Assembly: GCA_964501785.1 (NCBI GenBank)
Contig: CAZCUD010000006.1
Location: 158,084 to 222,083, forward strand
Direction of reading: 5' to 3'
Length of the DNA: 64,000 bases
DNA from: an uncultured Bifidobacteriaceae bacterium
GTDB taxonomy: Bacteria > Actinomycetota > Acidimicrobiia > IMCC26256 > PALSA-555
Below the pieces are notes generated by a model, which was not told the origin of the DNA, did no database searches, and saw only the letters and a program-made list of their open reading frames with translations. The number at the start of each line of letters is the position of its first letter. Positions within the stretch are counted from its first letter, which is position 1. The position numbers were made by a program, and so were the translations under genes. This document shows positions 53,825-61,828 of the stretch, one piece after another.

Positions 53825-54484
53825 TCAGCTCGGGCGCGTCCCGTCGCGGGGTGCGATGAACACGATGTCGGCCTCGGCGAGCCGCTCGCCGTCGCAGTCG
53901 GCGGTGCCCCACACGAAGATCTTGCGGCCCTCGACGCGCTCGACGCCGGCCTCGTAGTCGATCCGGCGGCCGAGCGGCGTCGGTCGCAGCATCCGCACCG
54001 TGAGGGTGCCGGTGTACCCGGCGATGCCCGACAGCGTCTGCGCAGAGCCCATCAGGTCGTCGAATGCCGCCGCGACGAAGCCGCCGTGCACGTGGCCCGC
54101 GGGCCCCTCGTAGGCCGGTGAGTACGTCGCCGACCCGATCGCGCGGTCCTCGGTGAGGTCCCACTGCACCGGCGCGGCGAGCGGGTTGGAGCGGCCGCTG
54201 ATGCCGCTGCGCTCCAGCAGGGCGCCGTCGTCGCCGCCGGCCGACCCCAGGCCGCCCTTGGCGTGCAGCGATGGCATCCGCTCGAGCGCGTCGTTGACGA
54301 GGTCGACCTCCTCGCGCAGCGCGTCGACCCGAGCGAGGTCGTCGACCTCGTGGGAGTCGAGATGCGCGGTGAGCTCGATGAGCCGCTTCACCGAACGCAC
54401 CAGCGCGTGCTTGGTCGCACGCGGCCCGTCCTCGACCGGATCGTGCGGGTCGTACGTCGTGTGGGCATCGGGTGGCAGCGTCAC
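53825..54484 (-). CDS. PaaI-family hotdog thioesterase (paralog)
   Basis: ORF track with a GTG start. Motifs: GHVHGGFVAAAFDDLMG...GTLTVRMLRPTP...GRKIFVWG. Confidence 0.8.
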   Translation of the reverse strand: MTLPPDAHTTYDPHDPVEDGPRATKHALVRSVKRLIELTAHLDSHEVDDLARVDALREEVDLVNDALERMPSLHAKGGLGSAGGDDGALLERSGISGRSNPLAAPVQWDLTEDRAIGSATYSPAYEGPAGHVHGGFVAAAFDDLMGSAQTLSGIAGYTGTLTVRMLRPTPLGRRIDYEAGVERVEGRKIFVWGTADCDGERLAEADIVFIAPRDGTRPS

Positions 54485-54546
54485 GCCGCCGAGCCTACGG
54501 CCGAAGACGCGCGCAACCGATCGGGTGCCTCGAGCGTCTTCTTCGT

Positions 54547-54744
54547 GTGAGACGCGATGGTGTGCGTCGGTTCGGAGACCTGCTGCTCGGGCTGCTCTTC
54601 GCGGTGACCCTCGGGCTCGGGGTCTACGCGACCGCGGGTGGGGTGGACTCCCCGCGGGACGATGCTCCGACGCCGAGCACCTTCCCGATCGAACCCGTCA
54701 CGCCTGCCTCGTCGGCGGACCGACCGGCGCCGGTGGCGCACTGA
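54547..54744 (+). CDS. Possible small single-pass membrane protein
   Basis: Part of ORF 54472..54744, starting at GTG 54547. VRRDGVRRFGDLLLGLLFAVTLGLGVYATAGG has one hydrophobic helix and is followed by a Pro-rich tail. GC3 is high. I recognise no family. Confidence 0.3.
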   Translation: MRRDGVRRFGDLLLGLLFAVTLGLGVYATAGGVDSPRDDAPTPSTFPIEPVTPASSADRPAPVAH

Positions 54745-54762
54745 GCGGTCGGGGCGGCGCGG

Positions 54763-55098
54763 TCAACCCGTGCGGTAGATCTCGTCGTAGTTGCCCCACT
54801 CGATCTCGCCGCCCTCGGCCAGGTCGCGCAGCCGCTGCGCCCACTCCTTGGTCTCGGGCCGATCGTTGTTCTTCGCGGCCTCGTCGACCGCAGAGACGTC
54901 GGGGTCGACGACGCCGAACTCGGCCACGATCACGTAGCGGCCGGGGTTCTCCCGGTCGGCCAGCACGTGCGAGCCCATGTAGCCCATCACGTCGGCCTCG
55001 GCCTGGAGCTCGTCCCACTTCGCGGACATCTCGATGAGCGTGTCGGGGTCGTCGCACCGAAACGTCATCGTCTGCGTGAAGTTGACGTTGCGCTTCAC
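54763..55098 (-). CDS. Small alpha+beta (ABM/Dabb-like) hypothetical protein
   Basis: ORF 54763..55188 trimmed to GTG 55098, preceded by GGAGGGAGGGGG (GTGA overlap with the upstream stop). About 111 aa: FTQTMTFRCDDPDTLIEMSAKWDELQ...RYVIVAEF. Confidence 0.6.
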   Translation of the reverse strand: MKRNVNFTQTMTFRCDDPDTLIEMSAKWDELQAEADVMGYMGSHVLADRENPGRYVIVAEFGVVDPDVSAVDEAAKNNDRPETKEWAQRLRDLAEGGEIEWGNYDEIYRTG

Positions 55099-56210
55099 GT
55101 GCTCGCCCCCTCCCTCTCCGCAGCGAAGCGTTGCTGGATCTCCGACATGCCCTCCAGGTCGAACGCGCCCGGCGACCCGATCTCGCACGCGGCCGGCGAC
55201 TTCTCGGGCACATGCAGCATCTCACGGACCTCCTCGACCGACCGATGCACGTGGTCGTCGTAGCCGATGTCGAACAGGTCCGTATCGCACTGCATGCTGA
55301 CGATCTTGCCCCGCCGGATCGCGTCGGCGATGCGCACGTGCATCCCCGCGCCCTGGGCGTGCCGCTCGCGCGCGTCGCGGTCGAAGAAGCCGGTGCTCTC
55401 GATGTACCCGGTGTCGAAGAGTCCGATCAGCGTCGCGAGCCAGGCGAACCCCTTGGGGTCGGGGTCGGCGCGCCCGATGAACGCGAACACCTCGATCTCG
55501 CCCCGCAGGTTGGTGCCGTAGTCGGCGAGCACGTGCACGTAGTCGTGTTGCGCCAGGTACTTCGGCGCGCCGCCGGGTGCGCCGGGCAGCTCGAAGCCCC
55601 GACCGTCGTACATCTCGACCACTCGGCGACCCAGCGTCCCCTCGGGCAGCTCGCGGTACGACGCCCAGCGCTCTGCGAGCGCGGGGTCGAGCTCTGGTGG
55701 TTGGAACGCGGCTGCTTGTCGCCGTTGGGCGGCGACGCCGGCGTCGCCGGTGTCGCGCACGTGCTCCTCGAAGCCGCTGCGCTGGAGGTCCATCCAGGCG
55801 AGGCCGTACGCGCCCTGCGCGTAGCGGCGCGCCACGCGCACGAACTTGTCCTCGATCCCCAGCGCCTGGGCGTACTTCGCCACCCGCGCCGCGACCTCCA
55901 CGGGGATCGGCCGCAGGATCATCTCGGCGAGCACCATGTGGTGCACGATCCGCTGGCGGTGGCCCTGGTCGCGATGGGCGAGCGCTTCGGCCAGCCCGTC
56001 GGGGGAGAGCGGCTCGAGCGAGTGGTAGTCGACCTCGTATCCCGTCAGGGAGCTCGCGATGGCACCGAGCAGCTGGGCCTGTACCTCGGTGAGCCCGTCG
56101 GCAGGGGCGACCGCGGTCGCGATGCCGCGTGCGGTGAGCAGGACCTCCTCGCGATCGATGGGGTCGGGCCCGAGGTCGGTGGGCGGTGGGATCGAGCTCA
56201 CGGCCCCCAT
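55095..56210 (-). CDS. Coq4-like metal-binding protein with N-terminal extension
   Basis: ORF 55095..56822 trimmed to ATG 56210. It contains HDYVHVLADYGTNLRGE, i.e. HDxxH-x11-E, the Coq4-family zinc-ligand signature. Confidence 0.7.
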   Translation of the reverse strand: MGAVSSIPPPTDLGPDPIDREEVLLTARGIATAVAPADGLTEVQAQLLGAIASSLTGYEVDYHSLEPLSPDGLAEALAHRDQGHRQRIVHHMVLAEMILRPIPVEVAARVAKYAQALGIEDKFVRVARRYAQGAYGLAWMDLQRSGFEEHVRDTGDAGVAAQRRQAAAFQPPELDPALAERWASYRELPEGTLGRRVVEMYDGRGFELPGAPGGAPKYLAQHDYVHVLADYGTNLRGEIEVFAFIGRADPDPKGFAWLATLIGLFDTGYIESTGFFDRDARERHAQGAGMHVRIADAIRRGKIVSMQCDTDLFDIGYDDHVHRSVEEVREMLHVPEKSPAACEIGSPGAFDLEGMSEIQQRFAAEREGAST

Positions 56211-56272
56211 CTTCGCGAACCCGGCCGTCCGGCACCCGCCGTACCCGGGCGGATCGATCCGGCGTCCGGGCG

Positions 56273-57001
56273 TCAGGTCTCGAACCGGGGCGAGGGCACG
56301 TCCTGCACGCCGAAGCGGGCCGAGATCAGCTGCACCCGGCCGTGATCGTCCCGTTCGAGGAGCTCGGCCGCCGCGTCGGCCACCGCGTCGGCGGGCATGA
56401 AGCTCGCGCCGGTCTGCCGGCCGGCCTCGACCCGAGCGCCCGCGACCATGGGCGTGTCGATCCCCGAGGGGCAGATGGCGTGCAGCCGCACCCCCTGGCG
56501 CCACAGCTGCGGGGCCACGCTGCGCACGAACCCCACCACCGCGTGCTTCGTCGCGGCGTAGATCGGGTCGCCCCCGTACGGGATCAGTCCCGCGAGCGAC
56601 GCGGTCACCGCGATCGAGCCGCCGCCTCGCTCGATCATCAGCGGCGCGAGCGCATGGACGCCGAGCACGACGCCGTCGAGGTTGACCCCGACCATGGCGC
56701 GGTAGCGGGCGACGGGCGTGTCGAGGAAGGGCAGCGCGTCGGACGCGGCGAGGATCCCCGCGTTCAGGTGAGCGAGCTCGACGCCCTCGTCGGCGCGCAG
56801 CTCGTCGGCGAGGGCGGCCCACCCGGTGGCGTCGGAGACGTCGAGGTGCACGAACCGCCCCCCGACCTCCTCGGCGACCCGCCGACCGCCCGTGTCGTCG
56901 ATGTCGACGACCACGACCGATGCGCCGTCGCGTGCGAGCCGTCGGGCACTCGCCTCGCCGACGCCGGACGCGCCGCCGGTCACCACCGCGACCCGGCTCA
57001 A
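56273..57001 (-). CDS. SDR-family oxidoreductase
   Basis: ORF track. TTG 57001 overlaps the upstream stop (TTGA). Motifs: VTGGASGVG, YAATK. Confidence 0.9.
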   Translation of the reverse strand: MSRVAVVTGGASGVGEASARRLARDGASVVVVDIDDTGGRRVAEEVGGRFVHLDVSDATGWAALADELRADEGVELAHLNAGILAASDALPFLDTPVARYRAMVGVNLDGVVLGVHALAPLMIERGGGSIAVTASLAGLIPYGGDPIYAATKHAVVGFVRSVAPQLWRQGVRLHAICPSGIDTPMVAGARVEAGRQTGASFMPADAVADAAAELLERDDHGRVQLISARFGVQDVPSPRFET

Positions 57002-57783
57002 CGGTCAGGCCGGTTCCGTGAGAGGTGCGCGCCGTTGTCGGCGAGCACGAGCTGGCCGGTCACGCCGCGCCCGAGGTCGGACGCGAGCGCGACCACGAGG
57101 CGCGCGAGGTCGTCGGGCTCGCACATCCGCCGGAGGGGGATCGATTCGGTGAGCGCGGCCACGTACTCGTCGGTCAGCGCGTCCGCCACCGTCGGGGTCA
57201 GCGTCGTGCCGGGCGCCACCGCGTTCACCCGGATGCCGTGCGGGCCGAGCTCGGCCGCGAGGGTCGTGGTGAGGTGGTTGACGGCGGCCTTCGCGGCGCC
57301 GTACGCGGCGAGCCCGAGCGCCGGACGGGTCGACTCACCCGAGCTCACGTTGAGGATCACGCCGCCGCGAGCCTGTTGGACCATGTTCCGGGCCTCGGCG
57401 CGACAGCACGCCGCGGTGAGCACGAGGTTCTGCTCGATGACGTCTCGCACGTACGCGTCGTCCTGCTCGACGGCGGGCGTGGGGGTGCGTCCGGCGAGGC
57501 TGCCCACGTTGTTGACGGCGACGTCGAGTCGGCCGAGGTCCTGGCGCGCCGATCCGACGACGCGCTCGGCCTCGCCTGCTTCGCGCAGGTCGGCGACCTG
57601 GGGGACGACGAACGTGCCGTGGGTCTTCAGGTCCGCGACCGCGTCGTCGAGCGCCGCTCGGTCGCGGTCGACGATCGCGACGTCGCACCCTGCCCGCACC
57701 AGCCACCCCGCGATCGCGCGGCCGATGCCCATCCCGGCGCCGGTGACGATCGCCCCCTTCCCCTGGAGGCCCAGGTCGATCAC
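56998..57783 (-). CDS. SDR-family oxidoreductase
   Basis: ORF track with a GTG start. Motifs: VTGAGMGIG, NNVG, YGAAK. Confidence 0.9.
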   Translation of the reverse strand: MIDLGLQGKGAIVTGAGMGIGRAIAGWLVRAGCDVAIVDRDRAALDDAVADLKTHGTFVVPQVADLREAGEAERVVGSARQDLGRLDVAVNNVGSLAGRTPTPAVEQDDAYVRDVIEQNLVLTAACCRAEARNMVQQARGGVILNVSSGESTRPALGLAAYGAAKAAVNHLTTTLAAELGPHGIRVNAVAPGTTLTPTVADALTDEYVAALTESIPLRRMCEPDDLARLVVALASDLGRGVTGQLVLADNGAHLSRNRPDR

Positions 57784-57793
57784 GGAGCCTCGA

Positions 57794-58753
57794 TCACGGC
57801 TCGATCGTCACCTTGATGGCACCGGCGGCCCGATCACCGGCCACCCGGAACGCCTCGGCGGCGTCGTCGAGCGCGAAGCGGTGCGTGATCAGCGTCTCGG
57901 CGATCGCCGGCTCGGCCGCCAGGAGGGCGGCGGCGTCACCGAGGTCGGTGCCGTGCTCGTGCGCGCCGTACGTGAACGACCACTGGAAGCCGAGCTCCTT
58001 CATCAGCGCCGGCACGCCGGGGATCGCGACGGGCGTCCAGTGCGTGCTGAGGAACACGATGCGACCGCCGGGCGCGCACAGCTCCACCGCGGTCGCGAGC
58101 GCGGACTCGGTGCCGGCGCACTCGAGCACCACGTCGTACTCACCTTCCATGGGCACCGCACCGAGGCGCTCACCGGAGACGCGCTGACGCTCGTGGCGCG
58201 CGACGAGTCCGACCTCCGCCGCCCGGGGCCGCGCCGCGGCGACGGCGGCCAGGCCGATCCCGCCTGCCCCGACGACGCCGACGCGCTCGCCACCCGAGAG
58301 CCCGGCGATGCGCACCGCGTGCGTGGCGACGCCCAGCGGCTCGACCAGGCACGCCTGCTCCGGACCGAGGCCGTCGGGGAGCGCGACGAGCGAGGAGCGG
58401 CGCACCGCGACCGACTCGGCCATGCCGCCGTCGGCCCCGATGCCGAGCACGCGCTGGGCGCCGGTGCGGCAGCGGTGCCCGAACCCCGACTCGCACTGGT
58501 CGCACGTCCCGCAGGGCTGGTTGGGGTCGATCGCGACCGGGGTGCCGTCGTCGAGCATGCCCGCGACCTCGTGGCCGAGCACGTGCGGCAGCGGGCCGTA
58601 CTCGATCAGGTGGAGGTCCGAGCCACAGATGCTCGCCGAGCGCACCTGCACGACGACCCGCTCGGCGTCGTCGGGGTCGCCCGCGGATTCGGGTGTCGGG
58701 TCGGGAGCCTCGACGACCTCGATGCCGCGCTCGGTGTTGCGCACCGCCCGCAT
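57794..58753 (-). CDS. Zinc-dependent alcohol dehydrogenase (MDR family)
   Basis: ORF track with ATG 58753. Motifs: ICGSDLH, GHEVAG, CGTCDQCESGFGHRC, GAGGIG. Confidence 0.9.
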   Translation of the reverse strand: MRAVRNTERGIEVVEAPDPTPESAGDPDDAERVVVQVRSASICGSDLHLIEYGPLPHVLGHEVAGMLDDGTPVAIDPNQPCGTCDQCESGFGHRCRTGAQRVLGIGADGGMAESVAVRRSSLVALPDGLGPEQACLVEPLGVATHAVRIAGLSGGERVGVVGAGGIGLAAVAAARPRAAEVGLVARHERQRVSGERLGAVPMEGEYDVVLECAGTESALATAVELCAPGGRIVFLSTHWTPVAIPGVPALMKELGFQWSFTYGAHEHGTDLGDAAALLAAEPAIAETLITHRFALDDAAEAFRVAGDRAAGAIKVTIEP

Positions 58754-58762
58754 CCGCGGACC

Positions 58763-60172
58763 TCAGCCGCCCGTGCGCTCGCCGCCGGTGATCTCGGACG
58801 GCTCGATCCCGAGGTAGCGCTCGAGGTTGCGGTGCAGGCTCTCGATCCGCATCTCCTCGCGCGACAGCGTGAGGTGGGTGAACCCGGGCTGGTGCAGGCC
58901 GCGCTGGGCGCGCAGCAGGTTCTCGACGTCCTGGTTGAACACCCCGCCGAGCTGGGCGTTCTCGGCTTCCATCGTCAGGTCGACGGGACGCTCGCGAGGT
59001 GCACCCGGTGCGACGCGCGAGAAGTAGAAGAGGTCCATGAGGCAGTCGTCGGGCGTGGCGCCGGGGCGGGTCCGCAGCAGGGCCAGGCTCTCGACCAGGA
59101 ACACCGGCGAGATGTTGGGGAAGCAGTTGTACTGGTGCAGGTCGGTGACCTGCGCGTCGGTGAAGTCGTCGAGGTCGACGCCTTCGGACCGCTGACGCTC
59201 GCGGATCAGACGCGCGAGGAGCGTGCGCACCGACTCGTCGGGCTCGCGCTCGGGGACCGGGCCCGGATCGTCCTGGCTGGGGCGCCCGACCCGCTCGCCT
59301 TGCGTCGCGCAGAACGACTCCCAGATCTGCTGGTCGGTCGCGCCGTCGCGCAGACGCGGGCTGGGGATCCCATAGGGCTGGTTGAGGCGACCGTGGCGCT
59401 CCCAGACCTCCTGGGGTCCGTTGACGTCGTTGGTCGACGGGATCATCTGCCGGTGGATGCCCTGCACGTGGTAGGTCTCGCTGAACGCGTCGATGCCGGT
59501 CTTCCAGTTGCACGGCAACGGGACGGTGACGAGGGCGCGGCAGGCGTACTCGTCGGGGCGGAGCCACGCGGTCTCGGCCGGCACCGGCGCGAGGAACTCC
59601 GCGAGCGGCTCCGCGTCGAGATCGAGGTTGACGAAGACCATGGGTCCCCACGTGTCGACCTGCACCGACCGCAGCGCGTAGTCGTCGTTCTTGACGACGC
59701 CGAACCCCTTGCGGGACGGGATCTCGCGCAGACGTCCGTCGAGGTCCCAGCACCACCGGTGGTAGACGCAGCGGATCTCGGTGCGGCCAGTGCCCGAGCC
59801 GTTGCACAGCTCGTTGCCACGGTGGAGGCACACGTTCTGGAACGCGCGCAGGCGCCCGTCTTCACCGCGCACGATCAGCACCGACAACGCGCCGCAGGTG
59901 TGCTCGAACCAGTCTCCCGGGTCGCGCACGTGATCGACGCTGCACGCCACCTGCCACACGTGGGGCCACAGCCGCTCGGCCTCGAGCGCGGCCCAGTCGG
60001 GCGAGGTGTACCGCGAGGCGGGCACCAGCACCGGGGTGCGCTGCGTGCTCACCGCCCCGATCGTGGAGCCGACCGGGGCCTCGTCGGTGACCTCGCCGGC
60101 GTACGCCGGGCCGCCGGGCCGGGCGTCCCGGATCCGTGCGGCGCTTCCCGGGGTCTGGGTCACGGGGTGCAC
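58763..60172 (-). CDS. Rieske [2Fe-2S] aromatic-ring-hydroxylating oxygenase alpha subunit-like protein
   Basis: ORF track. It has the Rieske motif CLHRGNELC...CVYHRWCW and a catalytic domain with ETYHVQGIH. The N-terminal start (GTG 60172) is uncertain. Confidence 0.9.
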   Translation of the reverse strand: MHPVTQTPGSAARIRDARPGGPAYAGEVTDEAPVGSTIGAVSTQRTPVLVPASRYTSPDWAALEAERLWPHVWQVACSVDHVRDPGDWFEHTCGALSVLIVRGEDGRLRAFQNVCLHRGNELCNGSGTGRTEIRCVYHRWCWDLDGRLREIPSRKGFGVVKNDDYALRSVQVDTWGPMVFVNLDLDAEPLAEFLAPVPAETAWLRPDEYACRALVTVPLPCNWKTGIDAFSETYHVQGIHRQMIPSTNDVNGPQEVWERHGRLNQPYGIPSPRLRDGATDQQIWESFCATQGERVGRPSQDDPGPVPEREPDESVRTLLARLIRERQRSEGVDLDDFTDAQVTDLHQYNCFPNISPVFLVESLALLRTRPGATPDDCLMDLFYFSRVAPGAPRERPVDLTMEAENAQLGGVFNQDVENLLRAQRGLHQPGFTHLTLSREEMRIESLHRNLERYLGIEPSEITGGERTGG

Positions 60173-60185
60173 CCTACGGCGCGAT

Positions 60186-60200
60186 CTGACGCCTCGTCAG
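60186..60200. promoter_or_regulatory. CTGACG-CCT-CGTCAG palindrome next to KstR-like box
   Basis: Perfect 6-bp arms with a 3-nt spacer. It lies 3 nt upstream of the 60204 box. Confidence 0.4.
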
Positions 60201-60202
60201 GC

Positions 60203-60231
60203 TTGAAACACGTTCCAGTCGCGGTCAGAAT
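60203..60231 (+). promoter_or_regulatory. Putative promoter of binding-protein gene 1 (TTGAAA-17 nt-CAGAAT)
   Basis: A -35-like TTGAAA (60203-60208), a 17-nt spacer and CAGAAT (60226-60231). The architecture is duplicated upstream of copy 2. An alternative -10-like TACAGT lies at 60247-60252. Confidence 0.35.
60204..60217. promoter_or_regulatory. KstR-type operator-like box TGAAACACGTTCCA
   Basis: It fits TnnAACnnGTTnnA at 14/14 positions. It overlaps the -35-like TTGAAA in the divergent region between the Rieske operon and the binding-protein gene. Confidence 0.6.
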
Positions 60232-60308
60232 CCCCCGGCCCGGTCCTACAGTCCGGGGCACCACGCAACGGAATCCGAGCCCGACCGGGCCGGTGACAAG
60301 GGGGGAAC

Positions 60309-61655
60309 GTGCAACGCACTCGCTGGGTGGCGCTGATCGCCACATTCGTGCTCTCGATGTCGGCGATGACCGCGGTCGCGTCTGCCGGGGGCGGTGGCGG
60401 CGGCGGCGGCGGTGAGCAGCCCGAGGCCACCGAGATCGGCATCACGGCAGACGAGATCCGCGTCGCGGTGATCGCCGACGTCGAGAACCCGCTCGCTCCG
60501 GGCCTGTTCGAGGGCTCGAAGAACGGTGTCGAGGGCTGGGCCGAGTACGTCAACAAGAACGGCGGCCTCGCCGGGCGTGAGGTCGTGGTCGACTTCATCG
60601 ACTCGCACCTGTCCGCCGACGACGCCCGCAACGCGTTCATCACCGCGTGCGCAGAGAACTTCGCGGTGATCGGTGCATCCGCGCTGTTCCTCAACAACGT
60701 CGACGACATCGAGTCGTGCGTCGACCAGGCCGGCAACCCGACGGGCCTGCCCGACCTGGCGGTGGTGACCACCGAGGTCGTCCAGCAGTGCTCGCCGACG
60801 ACCTACGCGATCAACCCGCCGCAGATCCTCTGCGACACGCGTGAGGAGAGCCCGCAGACGTACCAGGGCAACGCGGGGCGGTACTACTACTACGAGAAGG
60901 AGTTCGGGAAGGACCTCCACGGCGCCTACCTGTACTCGGCCGACATCCGGGCGGCGAACAACGCCAACCGGGCGACCATGGAGCCGATGCAGAAGCTCGG
61001 CATCAAGGCCGACGACGAGGTCGACATCTCCGCTCGTGCACCGCAGAGCGAGTACACGCCGGTCGTCCAGTCGATGAAGGACAACGAGTCGAACTACGCC
61101 CAGAGCGGCGCGTCGTTCAACACCACGGTGTCGCTGCGCAAGGAGGCCAAGCTCCAGGGCCTCACCGACCCCGACATCATCTGGGACTGCACGCTCCAGT
61201 GCTACGACCAGAACCTCATCGAGCAGGGCGGCGCCGACGTCGAGGGCCAGTACGTGTCGCTGCTGTTCCTGCCCTTCGAGGAGGCGAGCACCAACAAGGA
61301 GCTCAAGGCCTTCGTCAACACCGTGGGCAAGGACAACGTCGACGGCTTCGCGGCGCAGGCCTGGGCCTCGGGCGTGCTGTTCCAGCAGGCAGTGGAGCAG
61401 ATCGTCTCGGACCAGGGCGTCAACGGCGTCAACCGGCAGGCCCTCTTCGGTGCGCTCGACAGCATCACCGACTTCGACGCCAACGGCATGATCGGCACGG
61501 TCAACATCGCAGAGCGCAAGACCTCGCCCTGCTACGTGCTGCTCCAGGTCAAGGACGGCGAGTTCGTCCGGGTGACCCCGTCGAAGAAGGGCACGTTCAA
61601 CTGCGACAAGAAGAACGTGCAGCAGGTCAAGCTCGACCTCGAGACGGGCAACTGA
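60309..61655 (+). CDS. ABC transporter substrate-binding protein, Liv/HAAT (type I PBP) family, copy 1
   Basis: ORF track with GTG after AAGGGGGG. It has a hydrophobic N-terminus without a lipobox Cys, a poly-Gly linker (GGGGGGGG), and the PBP1 pattern GITADEIRVAVIADV...NKNGGLAGREVVVDFIDS. Confidence 0.9.
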   Translation: MQRTRWVALIATFVLSMSAMTAVASAGGGGGGGGGEQPEATEIGITADEIRVAVIADVENPLAPGLFEGSKNGVEGWAEYVNKNGGLAGREVVVDFIDSHLSADDARNAFITACAENFAVIGASALFLNNVDDIESCVDQAGNPTGLPDLAVVTTEVVQQCSPTTYAINPPQILCDTREESPQTYQGNAGRYYYYEKEFGKDLHGAYLYSADIRAANNANRATMEPMQKLGIKADDEVDISARAPQSEYTPVVQSMKDNESNYAQSGASFNTTVSLRKEAKLQGLTDPDIIWDCTLQCYDQNLIEQGGADVEGQYVSLLFLPFEEASTNKELKAFVNTVGKDNVDGFAAQAWASGVLFQQAVEQIVSDQGVNGVNRQALFGALDSITDFDANGMIGTVNIAERKTSPCYVLLQVKDGEFVRVTPSKKGTFNCDKKNVQQVKLDLETGN

Positions 61656-61673
61656 GCCAACGGAAGTAGCGAT

Positions 61674-61702
61674 GGGGTGCCGCGGCGACGCCGCGGCACC
61701 CC
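61674..61702 (+). terminator. Hairpin terminator after binding-protein gene 1
   Basis: GGGGTGCCGCGG-CGACG-CCGCGGCACCCC has a 12-bp stem. It lies 19 nt after the stop at 61655 and is followed by GTTCGCGT. Confidence 0.65.
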
Positions 61703-61773
61703 GTTCGCGTCCATCCGAGCACCGCTGCGGAGCGGCGTTCGGCGGGCGGTCCCCCAGGGCAGGGGCGGAGCGC

Positions 61774-61802
61774 TTGAAACGTGTTCCACCCGACGACAGG
61801 AT
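61774..61802 (+). promoter_or_regulatory. Putative promoter of binding-protein gene 2 (TTGAAA-17 nt-CAGGAT)
   Basis: TTGAAA (61774-61779), a 17-nt spacer and CAGGAT (61797-61802). This is the same layout as upstream of copy 1. Confidence 0.35.
61775..61788. promoter_or_regulatory. KstR-type operator-like box TGAAACGTGTTCCA
   Basis: It fits TnnAACnnGTTnnA at 14/14 positions. It holds the same position relative to TTGAAA and the -10-like hexamer as the box at 60204. Confidence 0.6.
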
Positions 61803-61828
61803 GACCCGAGCCGACAAGGGGGGGACCA

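Noticed and set aside
56186-60415. A 1409-aa plus-strand ORF, the longest in the track.
   Set aside because: It runs antisense to four minus-strand genes with clear family motifs (2 SDRs, Zn-ADH, Rieske oxygenase). Its translation is Arg/Gly/Asp/Pro-rich low-complexity sequence with no recognisable domain. It is a typical stop-codon-poor antisense frame of high-GC DNA.
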